Both the position numbers and the translations under genes were made by a program. Below the pieces are notes generated by a model that saw only the letters and a list, made by a program, of their open reading frames with translations, was not told the DNA's origin and ran no database searches. Source: Patescibacteria group bacterium (GTDB taxonomy: Bacteria; Patescibacteriota; UBA1384; UBA12157; JAENIV01). From it: DNA of 64,000 bases. The DNA lies in the NCBI GenBank assembly GCA_041666185.1, contig JBAYHL010000004.1, positions 105 through 64,104 on the forward strand. Reading direction: 5' to 3'. Positions 1-9,100 of this stretch are shown piece after piece. Within the stretch, counting starts at the first letter, position 1; every line of letters begins with the position of its first letter.

Positions 1-189
1 ACCTTCAGCAATTACAAAATCGGTTAAACAAAAAAGCTCTAAGTGACCTGCGAGTTTTGACAAAGTTTTCCTAATCCCCTTAGCGACGGCTTTTATCCTG
101 CCATTATTTTCAGTAAAAATTGTTAAAATTCGATCAGCCTCATTTAGATTAGTTCGTTTTAAAATTATACCCCGGGTTTTGTAGTTCAT
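1..189 (-). CDS. recO: DNA repair protein RecO (N-terminal part; runs off the window edge)
   Basis: Hand translation from ATG at 189 (overlapping upstream TGA): MNYKTRGIILKRTNLNEADRILTIFTENNGRIKAVAKGIRKTLSKLAGHLELF, a typical RecO OB-fold N-terminus. Not in ORF track. Confidence 0.9.
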   Translation of the reverse strand, partial: MNYKTRGIILKRTNLNEADRILTIFTENNGRIKAVAKGIRKTLSKLAGHLELFCLTDFVIAEG

Positions 190-935
190 CACTTTAAGGC
201 TTTGCGCATATGAACATTAGCAGCTTCTAGTTGCTCTAAAGTATTAATACCGTGCCAGTTAGCTTGCCTGGTCTTGTAAGCCTTAACTTTAAAATTGCCT
301 TTATTAGCGATTTCTACCAAATCAGTTAAAAAGTATTCGCCGGTAGGATTTTTCTTTACTTTTTTTAAATTTAACCACAGAAAACTAGCTTCAAAAACAT
401 AACAACCGGTATTTATTTCTTTAATTTTTAAAATAGATGGTGTGGCTAACTTTTCCTCAACAATTGCTTCAACATTACCGTCAGAATTTTTAACAATTCG
501 CCCCAGGCCTTTTGGGTCAGCAACCTCAACTGTCAAAAGCGTCATGTCTACCCCACTTTGAAGATGATCTTTAACTAGCTTTTCGATCATCTCAGGTTCA
601 TAAAAAGCACTATCATCGCCACCAATGACTAAAATTGTTTTAGCACCATTTGCTGCTTTTTTAGCGCAGCTAACTGCATGAGCAGTTCCTAAACGTTTTT
701 TTTGCCAAGCAAAAAAGGCTTTGCTTCCAAGATGCTTTTCAATTATTTCCCCCTTATAACCAATAACAACAATCGGTTTAAAAAAACCAGCTTTTTTTAA
801 ATTAACTAAAGAATAATCAATCATTGGCTTACCACCAAGCTCGAACATCACTTTAGGAATCGGTGATGACTTGCCTTTATTCATCCGTGTACCCTTACCG
901 GCTGCTAGAACTATTGCTTGGATTTTTTCCATCAT
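189..935 (-). CDS. GlmU-like uridyltransferase, N-terminal NTP-transferase domain only
   Basis: LAAGKGTRM, PK, LGTAHA, GRIV, IVEEK, EINTG, GEYFLTD motifs; ends at 248 aa without the hexapeptide acetyltransferase domain. Confidence 0.85.
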   Translation of the reverse strand: MMEKIQAIVLAAGKGTRMNKGKSSPIPKVMFELGGKPMIDYSLVNLKKAGFFKPIVVIGYKGEIIEKHLGSKAFFAWQKKRLGTAHAVSCAKKAANGAKTILVIGGDDSAFYEPEMIEKLVKDHLQSGVDMTLLTVEVADPKGLGRIVKNSDGNVEAIVEEKLATPSILKIKEINTGCYVFEASFLWLNLKKVKKNPTGEYFLTDLVEIANKGNFKVKAYKTRQANWHGINTLEQLEAANVHMRKALK

Positions 936-953
936 AAATCCTGTCTATTAATT

Positions 954-1382
954 TTATATACAAGTTGGAACAATTGTTTTTGGAAAATCGCTAGTTTCTG
1001 AACAAGACGGACTATCTTGCGTGCCTTTGATTATTGTTGTCCACGTGCCATCAACTTTTTTAGCATACCAAATAGCACCACCGCCAGTTCCACCAGCACT
1101 GCCATAAGCATAATTTCCATCAATCTTTATTACTTCACACGTAATATCAGGAAAATTATTTTCTTTCTGGCAAAGAGATATTAGCAAACTTTCATCGTTT
1201 TTAGCTGAAGAAGCTAAAGGGCTAGATGTTACCGCTGAAGACGGACTAGCTAAAACTGAAGTTTTGTTATTTTTAAAATGATTCCACCCAAAATAGCCAA
1301 TACCGACAAACAGTAACACAAAAACCAAGATAATTGTTACCAGCAACCATGTTGCAATCGTACCTTTTTTTCGTTGGTTCAT
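954..1382 (-). CDS. Hypothetical membrane-anchored exported protein
   Basis: Probable start MNQRKK at 1382 after AGGGG; one N-terminal TM helix, Ser-rich linker, 4-Cys C-terminal domain. Confidence 0.65.
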   Translation of the reverse strand: MNQRKKGTIATWLLVTIILVFVLLFVGIGYFGWNHFKNNKTSVLASPSSAVTSSPLASSAKNDESLLISLCQKENNFPDITCEVIKIDGNYAYGSAGGTGGGAIWYAKKVDGTWTTIIKGTQDSPSCSETSDFPKTIVPTCI

Positions 1383-1408
1383 AAAACCCCTTTCTTTTAT
1401 TAGTATAC

Positions 1409-2263
1409 TTATTTCTGGCAAATGGGACAATAAAATGAACCCCTACCGCCAATTTTTAATCTTTTAATAACGTGTCCTTTAGGATCTTTATTTTTTTGAT
1501 AAACCGCTGTCACTTCCATATAGTGACCTTTTTGACCTTCAATATTAACATAAGTATTCTCTGACGATCCACCATATTTTAGACCTAAATTAATCACCTT
1601 TTCAATTGCTTCTTTTAGATTTTTTACTTCCTCTTTGTCTAAAGAATCTGCTTTGCGATAAGGCAAAATTCCAGCCCAATACAAAGCATCGTTAACATAA
1701 ATATTTCCGAGTCCAGAGATTTTTGCTTGATCCATTAAAACTTCTTTAATTTTTTTGCCAGATTTGGAAAATATTTTTTCTAAGTATTTTAAATTAAAAT
1801 CTTTGTTATTAGGTTCAGGACCAAATTTATCAGGACTTAAAATTTCTCCCACTTCGGGAGTCTTAACCACCCGATTCCAACCAAATTTTCTTAAATCATT
1901 AAAATAAAGTTTTGAACCATCGGTAAAAGTATAAATAATATGAGTGTGAGCATGAGGCAAGACTTGACCGTAAGCTTTTTGCATATGACCACCAACACTC
2001 GCTTTACAATCTTTTTCGTGGCAATCTTGAAAAACTAATTGACCAGTGAGTTTTAAATGAATCAAAATTGAATAACCATTATCTAAAACAATTTCTAAAA
2101 TCTTAGCGACTCTTTTAGCGTCAACAACTTCACCACCAATAACGTCTTCTAAATTGCCAATAAAAAGTTTTGATGCCTTAATTTCCACACCATCAATTTT
2201 TTTACCTTTGATTTTTTTTATAATCCCTTTTCTAATTGTTTCAACTTCGGGAAGTTCGGGCAT
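1409..2263 (-). CDS. mutM: Formamidopyrimidine-DNA glycosylase
   Basis: MPELPEVET start, HLKLTG, DLRKFG, H2TH GLGNIY, C-terminal GRGSFYCPICQ. Confidence 0.95.
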   Translation of the reverse strand: MPELPEVETIRKGIIKKIKGKKIDGVEIKASKLFIGNLEDVIGGEVVDAKRVAKILEIVLDNGYSILIHLKLTGQLVFQDCHEKDCKASVGGHMQKAYGQVLPHAHTHIIYTFTDGSKLYFNDLRKFGWNRVVKTPEVGEILSPDKFGPEPNNKDFNLKYLEKIFSKSGKKIKEVLMDQAKISGLGNIYVNDALYWAGILPYRKADSLDKEEVKNLKEAIEKVINLGLKYGGSSENTYVNIEGQKGHYMEVTAVYQKNKDPKGHVIKRLKIGGRGSFYCPICQK

Positions 2264-2276
2264 AAATAATCCTTTC

Positions 2277-4043
2277 TTATTTCACGGTTACCGATTTGGC
2301 TAAATTACGTGGTTTGTCAGGATCCAAACCTTTTTCTAAAGCCAAAAAATAAGCCAAAACTTGGATTGGAACAATATTTACAATCGGCGAAAGTTCAGGA
2401 ACATCGGCAACTTTGAACCAATAGTCAAAAACTTTATGATTTTCTGGAGCGACACCAATAATATAACCACCACGAGCTTTTACTTCTTCGGCATTAGAGA
2501 GAATTTCTTCTTTTGTTTCATCGTTTGCGACAAAAACAATACAAGGAACATCTTTTTCGATCAAAGCGATCGTTCCGTGTTTTAGTTCACCGCCGGCAAA
2601 ACCTTCAGCATGAATATAGGAAGCTTCTTTAATTTTTAAAGCTGCCTCAAGCGCTGTTGGATAATTTAAGCTTCTGCCAATAGTAAAAAGATTTTTATTA
2701 TTTTTAATTTTTTGCGCCAAGATTTTGATTTTATCAATATTGGCTTGCTTCAAAGATTCTTTAATTCCTAAGGCAGTTTTTTGAACAACTTTTCTTCCTG
2801 TTTCTAATTTGCCAATGATCGCTAACGAAAGAAGATATAAAACCGCTACTTGTGAGGTAAAAGCTTTGGTGGAAAGCACTGCAATTTCTCGACCAGCAGG
2901 GGTGAGCATTGTAACATCGGAAATTCTTGCCAAAGTTGAATCCGGGTTATTTAATAATGAAAAAATCTTAGCTTTTTTACGCTTAACTGATTTTACCGCT
3001 TCCAAAACATCGGCTGTTTCACCGGATTGAGAGATAGCAAAAAATAAAGTTTTATCAGTAATAAAGTTTTCAAAAGTTGGAAATTCGCTCGCCAAGCTCG
3101 TGTTGACATGCATCTTCGCATATTTAGCAAAAAGATATTCAGCCATTAAAGCCGCGTGATAAGCCGTTCCGCAGGCAACAAAAAAAGTTCCAAAAGAATT
3201 CCTAATTAAGGCAGCATTTGTTTCAATCTCTTTAGACTCTTTTGTATTGGCAATTTTTTCTAAAATTTCTGGCTGTTCATTAATTTCTTTAAACAAAAAG
3301 TGTTTGTACGAACCTTTGCCAATTTCATATTCGGAGGTAGCAATTTTCGAACTAGCAATTTTTTTAAGATCACCAGTTTTAATATCGAAAAAATTAATTT
3401 CTTTTTCAATTTCTGACAAAATACCATCTTTAAGAAAAAAAACATCGGTAGTTAAATTAGAAAAAGCAATTGGATCAGAAGAAATATAAAAATTTTCCTT
3501 GCCAACACCAATTACTAAAGATAAACCGCTAGTAGCTAAATAAAGTTTTTTTGAAGTATTATCAATTAGTAAAATTGCGTAATCACCTTGCAAATCATTT
3601 AAAGCGGAGCGGAAGGCTTCCCTGATTGGCATTTTTTTTAAATATTCCTCAACTAAATGAGGAATAACTTCTGTATCAGTTTGCGATGAAAATTTATGTC
3701 CAGATTTAATTAATTTTTCTTTAAGTAATTGATAATTATTAATAATACCATTGTGGACAACAGCAATATCTCCTCGACAATCAGTGTGTGGATGAGCGTT
3801 TTCTTTTGCTACTACTCCATGAGTTGCCCAACGAGTATGACCAATAGCTATTTGAGCATTTGACGTTACTTTACTTAACGAAACTTCGCCAATTTTCCCG
3901 GTTTCTTTAACGACTTTAAGCTCACCATCCTCTACAAAACTTATCCCCCAAGAATCGTAACCACGATATTCGAGTTTTTTTAGAGCCTTAATAACAAAGT
4001 CTGTTGCATTTCCCTTACCAATAAACCCAACTATCCCACACAT
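2277..4043 (-). CDS. glmS: Glutamine-fructose-6-phosphate aminotransferase
   Basis: MCGIVG, EYRGYDS, GHTRWATHG, SQSGETAD, C-terminal PRNLAKSVTV. Confidence 0.97.
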   Translation of the reverse strand: MCGIVGFIGKGNATDFVIKALKKLEYRGYDSWGISFVEDGELKVVKETGKIGEVSLSKVTSNAQIAIGHTRWATHGVVAKENAHPHTDCRGDIAVVHNGIINNYQLLKEKLIKSGHKFSSQTDTEVIPHLVEEYLKKMPIREAFRSALNDLQGDYAILLIDNTSKKLYLATSGLSLVIGVGKENFYISSDPIAFSNLTTDVFFLKDGILSEIEKEINFFDIKTGDLKKIASSKIATSEYEIGKGSYKHFLFKEINEQPEILEKIANTKESKEIETNAALIRNSFGTFFVACGTAYHAALMAEYLFAKYAKMHVNTSLASEFPTFENFITDKTLFFAISQSGETADVLEAVKSVKRKKAKIFSLLNNPDSTLARISDVTMLTPAGREIAVLSTKAFTSQVAVLYLLSLAIIGKLETGRKVVQKTALGIKESLKQANIDKIKILAQKIKNNKNLFTIGRSLNYPTALEAALKIKEASYIHAEGFAGGELKHGTIALIEKDVPCIVFVANDETKEEILSNAEEVKARGGYIIGVAPENHKVFDYWFKVADVPELSPIVNIVPIQVLAYFLALEKGLDPDKPRNLAKSVTVK

Positions 4044-4058
4044 ATACCCCCAACCTTT

Positions 4059-5000
4059 CTATTGGACTAATTTAATAATAACTTTGGCTAATTTTTCCGA
4101 ATCATGATACAAAGGTTTTTTTTCATCAATAATATTTGCTTGCTCAATTTTGTATCTGCCAAAAGTTTTTTCATCAGTTGTTATATTTTTTACTTCACCC
4201 AATCTTTTGCCACTAGATTTCAAAATTAGTTTAGAATTAACCAAACAAATATCAAAAATTTGCGGATCAGAATGTCCAGTTAAAGTTTTAATATGATCGG
4301 CAACAGCGTAACCTTCTGTTTCCCCTCTTTCGGTAGAAATATTACAAATAAAGATTTTTTTGGCCCGTGACGAGGCAACTGCTCGACAAATTTCTTTAAG
4401 TAAAAAATTAGGAATAATACTTGTATACAAGCTGCCAGGACCAATTAGAATTACGTCGGCCTTCTCAATTGCCTTAACAGCATCTGGATTAGCCTTGGCG
4501 CTTTCTGGATGCAATTGAACTTGTTTGATCGATGATCTGTGACCAGCAACAGAAATGGTCGATTCCCCCCAAACGACTCGACCGTTAGCTAGTTTAGCAG
4601 AAATAATCGCATCTTCGTAAGTCGACGGCATTACCTGACCCTTAATTGCTAAAATTTTAGAAAATTCTCCAATAGCCTTTTTGAAGCTACCAGTAATGTC
4701 CTCTAAGGCAATTAATAATAAGTTGCCTAAGTTATGGCCTTTTAGACCTCGCCCATGAGGAAAACGATAACTTAACAATTTATGATAAAGATGCTCTTCG
4801 TCAGAAAGAGCAACAATACAGCTTCTAATATCACCTGGGGGCAAAACATTTAGATCGTGACGTAAGCTCCCAGTTGAACGACCGTCGTCAGCCATTGTCA
4901 CAACGGCTGTTAATTTTTCGAAATCGTTTTTTAGGCCACGAAGCAAGCTCGATAAGCCTGTCCCGCCACCAATAACAACGACTTTTAAATTCTTATACAT
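4059..5000 (-). CDS. yvcK: YvcK/GlmR (UPF0052/CofD-like) protein
   Basis: GGGTGLS, DDGRSTG, PPGDIR, GHNLGNL, GPGSLYTSIIP motifs. Confidence 0.9.
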   Translation of the reverse strand: MYKNLKVVVIGGGTGLSSLLRGLKNDFEKLTAVVTMADDGRSTGSLRHDLNVLPPGDIRSCIVALSDEEHLYHKLLSYRFPHGRGLKGHNLGNLLLIALEDITGSFKKAIGEFSKILAIKGQVMPSTYEDAIISAKLANGRVVWGESTISVAGHRSSIKQVQLHPESAKANPDAVKAIEKADVILIGPGSLYTSIIPNFLLKEICRAVASSRAKKIFICNISTERGETEGYAVADHIKTLTGHSDPQIFDICLVNSKLILKSSGKRLGEVKNITTDEKTFGRYKIEQANIIDEKKPLYHDSEKLAKVIIKLVQ

Positions 5001-5056
5001 TTAAAACAAATATCTCACTTATGTGAGTTATTTGTCAATAGTGATACCTTAAAAGC

Positions 5057-6067
5057 CTATCTACCAATAGTAACATTAACATTTTTTACATTTTCGCCCG
5101 GGACTAAATCAACTGTTGTCGAGCCTCCGGGAAAAACTAAAACACTGGCAGTAATTTTATGCTTTCCTTCACGAACATTGGGAATAGTATAATCACCAGT
5201 AATACTAGAAACCCCTACCGTTCGATCGTCAAGAGAAATTGTTGCTGGTACTAAAAGTGGATAGTTGCCAGCCATTTGGACTTTTCCAGTAATTGAACCT
5301 GCTAAATTAGAAGGTAACGGTTCCATAGCAATATCTAGCTTTGTCGCAGAAAAGCAAGCCAAGGAAACCGAAAAACTTGAATCTTGATAGCCACGAGACT
5401 TGGCAGTAATCGTATGAGAACCAAAAGGTACAATCCAAGAATAACTGCCGTTCGCATTAGGCGAACCTACACCATCAACATCAGTTGCAACTGAAAGAAT
5501 TTTCTGTGAACTTGTTTTGTCTAAAATAGAACCGCTAATTTCCGCCCCATACCACTCAAAATGCATCGCATCACGTTCACCAGGCCAATCACCTCCCCAA
5601 GCAAAACCATATTTTTTAAAGATATCTATAACAACTTGTGGAATATCTGTTTGTGACGGTCCGTAGTTTCCCGGTTGATAAGGATTGGCTTCAGGATTTA
5701 TATCAATAGCAATTCCCCATGAATGTAAAGATTTACCCCCACCACCTACCTTAGAACGATTATTATATGTCTGAATGTTGGTAAAATTATAACCAGTTTT
5801 TGCGTCATTAACATCTTTTTGGATATGATCTAAGTATGGTGCGACAAGTTTATTTATAAGGACTTCGTTGCCAAATAAATTATAACTTTCTAAATTAGTC
5901 CCTGGTTTACCAAAAAAACTCGAAATATCTCTCGAGTTTTGACACCCAATAACCGCTTCGGCGCCAGTTTTGATAATACCTGCAGCACGCAGATATAAGT
6001 AGACACCAAAGCTTACACCAACAAATAGGATAATTATTAAAATTATAACTCTGGTTTTAATTGCCAT
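5057..6067 (-). CDS. Membrane-anchored M15-family Zn peptidase (peptidoglycan peptidase) with carboxypeptidase-regulatory-like beta domains
   Basis: SLHSWGIAIDIN and WGGDW...DAMHFE motifs; N-terminal TM helix. Confidence 0.85.
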   Translation of the reverse strand: MAIKTRVIILIIILFVGVSFGVYLYLRAAGIIKTGAEAVIGCQNSRDISSFFGKPGTNLESYNLFGNEVLINKLVAPYLDHIQKDVNDAKTGYNFTNIQTYNNRSKVGGGGKSLHSWGIAIDINPEANPYQPGNYGPSQTDIPQVVIDIFKKYGFAWGGDWPGERDAMHFEWYGAEISGSILDKTSSQKILSVATDVDGVGSPNANGSYSWIVPFGSHTITAKSRGYQDSSFSVSLACFSATKLDIAMEPLPSNLAGSITGKVQMAGNYPLLVPATISLDDRTVGVSSITGDYTIPNVREGKHKITASVLVFPGGSTTVDLVPGENVKNVNVTIGR

Positions 6068-6123
6068 AAACAGCTCTTTTTTATTGTACTAAATTTTTTA
6101 CAAAAGAGCTAATTATATTAAAC

Positions 6124-9100
6124 TTAATTATTTAATATTTCTCTTGTCTTTGGCCCAACTCGTCCAGCCCCACCTTGCGAAGTATCAATATTGTGATAAT
6201 TCTGATACTCAATCACCGCTTTTTGAGTTATGAAACCAAAATATCCTGTAACATAACGAGAGTCAAGAAACCCTTCACTTACTAGTCTTTCCTGAAGTTT
6301 AGTAACATAATAGCCAGAACTTTCAATGTCTAAATCATAAGGAAAATATACTTTATTAGAATCATCACAAGTTCCCTCAATAGCACAATTTGGGATTATT
6401 CCGTTTTCAATATCTTCATTTAAGGCTGCTCTTGTTCTTGGACCAAAGAAACCAGCTCCCCAATCCCACCAACTGGCAACTATTGCTTTTGACTTCTGAT
6501 ATAGGAATACTGCTTGTTTAGTAATACTGCCATAGAAACCAGTAGAATCTACCCAAAATGGAAAATAACCAAGATATCTTAAAACATTTTGCAAAATTCG
6601 AACATTTGCTTGGTTGTCCCCAGAAAAATAAGGCGCTTGATCGTTATTAAAACGAAATGAAGATTGTTGACCACTTTCTTGAGAAGAAGGACTAGTACTA
6701 GGAATTGGGGTAGGCGTAGGTTTTGAAGACTTACTACCATGACCTTGAGACAATGTTGTTTCTGAGCTAGATGGAGAAACTGCTGTTTCAATATTGTTGC
6801 CATTCCTAGCTTTAACTCTGTAAGCATAAGTTGTTGAGTGGACTAACCCAGTATTAGTTATACCAGTTGCTTCACCCCAAGTAGCGTAATCTTGCCAAAC
6901 GGCGGTATCACCATTACTACCATCAGCTTGGACATATTTACCTAAAGCTTCATTGGAAATAGCAAATTGAGTTGCTGCTGAATTGCCATTAACATTAATA
7001 ATTACCTTAAGCGAAGTGCTTGAAGATCGATTTACTGTTGACGCTAAAGGCACGTTAGCCAAAGTATAAGTTGAAGCGGCTGTACCAGAATGAGGAGATT
7101 GACCGGAATCATTATAAGAAACAACATAACGACCAGAATACTCCGTATTAACCGAAAGTCCAACCTCGTCACAAGAAGTTAAATCAACTCCTACACAAGT
7201 TGCCTTTAAAGTGTCTGTCGCATCATATACTTTAAAACCTACTTCATTTGGATTTACGTCAGTAAATTTCCAACGAATAGCAGCTACTGAAATTGCTTCT
7301 GGTGTGCCAATCGTTGGTGCATCTGGTGGGAAAAAATTCCAACCAGGATTATTGTTACCCGAATCAGTAACGTTATCTCCCGGGGTAATTCTAAAAGCAT
7401 TGTTTATATTTTGACTATCGGAAACATCAATATAATCGCCAGAAATCATATCGCCAGAAATAACAAAATACCAAGCCGTATCTGGCACTGAGCTACGAAG
7501 AGCCAAAACATTCCCAACAGAACCGTCTAAAGTCCATGTATCATTTATGGTCTGAGTTGCCCCCGCGGCAAAAGTAATAGTTTTAGCCCCATCAACTGAA
7601 GTATCCATAATTAAATTGTTGAAAGTCGTTGAGCCAGAAATTGCCGCAGCGTTGGTCGAATCAAAAGTAATAGTTTGTGTTCCAGGAGTTGTTCCAGCAG
7701 TAAATGAACCACCAGAAATATTCCAATTTTTAGCCATATTTATATTCAACCCATCAGCATTAAATACGCCATCTGAATTAGTAAAATTACCATCGATATT
7801 CAAAGCATTGGTAGAAAGTTGTAATGTGCCAGCGCCAGAGTGAGTTAAATTGTTGAATAACTTACCAATGCCTGTGCCACCCGAATCAAGAGTTTGAGTA
7901 CCAGAGGATTTAGTAAAATCCACTATGCCACTACCCGGAGTAAAAGTACCAGAATTTATCCAATTACCACCAACATTTATCGTACCGGAAGTAGCAAAGA
8001 GTATAGTATTTAAATTAATTGTTATATCACCATTTACTGTTAAAATATTTGAAGAAATATCTAGAGTATTAGGACCAATCGACAAAACATAAAGCGAAAG
8101 ATTGCCTTCCGCTACTGTTGTACCGGATAGACTATAAGTTACGCTCTGTTCTTCTGCTAGAGCAGCGGAGTTGTATAAATTTATATTATGATAAATATCA
8201 TTGGGTAAAATATTTGAACCGTAGGCATAATAAGCAAATGTTGCATTATTAGTCGTCCAGTCAACTGTACCACCATTATGAGTATAACTACCAAAAACTG
8301 AAAAACTTCCTACATTAACCTGACCACTGCCAGCTGTAAAAGTTCCATTTGTTACATTAAAAATTTTTCCAACGATCGAACCACTCCCACCAATCAAAAC
8401 TCCACCATTTATAGTAATAGTAGTCGCTGAAGATAGTATGGAAGCGCTGCCAAGACTAACTGTTCCTGTATTTAATGTGCCAGCGGTAACATTTAAATTC
8501 CTAATAGTAGTTAAATTACTAGTATTTAGAGTCCAACCACCACCAGCACCATTAACAGTTAAAGTATAGAAACCAGAAGCACCGCCATTGATTGTTTTCC
8601 CTGTTGCGCCGCCATCTAAAGTAACAGTTCTTGTTTCTTTATCAAAAGTCGCCGTGTTGCTCCATGACCCCGCAACGGTCATATCGCGACTATTAACATC
8701 AAAAGTACCAGCAGAGTTAGTGAAGTCACCATCAATGTTTATGTTATTAGTCAAAAGCTGCAAAATTCCAGCACCAGAGTGAGTAATGTTATTAAAAATT
8801 TTCCCTACGCCCGTACCACCAGAATCAAGAGTTTGAGTACCAGAGGATTTGGTAAAATTAACAGTAGAAGAACCAGAAACAAAAACACCACCAGCAGCAT
8901 TTGACCAATTACCACCGACTGCAATAGTAGACAATGAATCGCTTGCATCAAGAGTTCCATTAATGGTTACATTTACTGCTGTTAGATTATAATCAATTGT
9001 TGAAGGTCGTAGATCTAAAGTTGCATTAGCATTAACAGTCAAGTTGCCAGACATGGCTTTAGTGCCTGTAAGATTTCCTGTTAATGAGTAAGTTGTTGGA

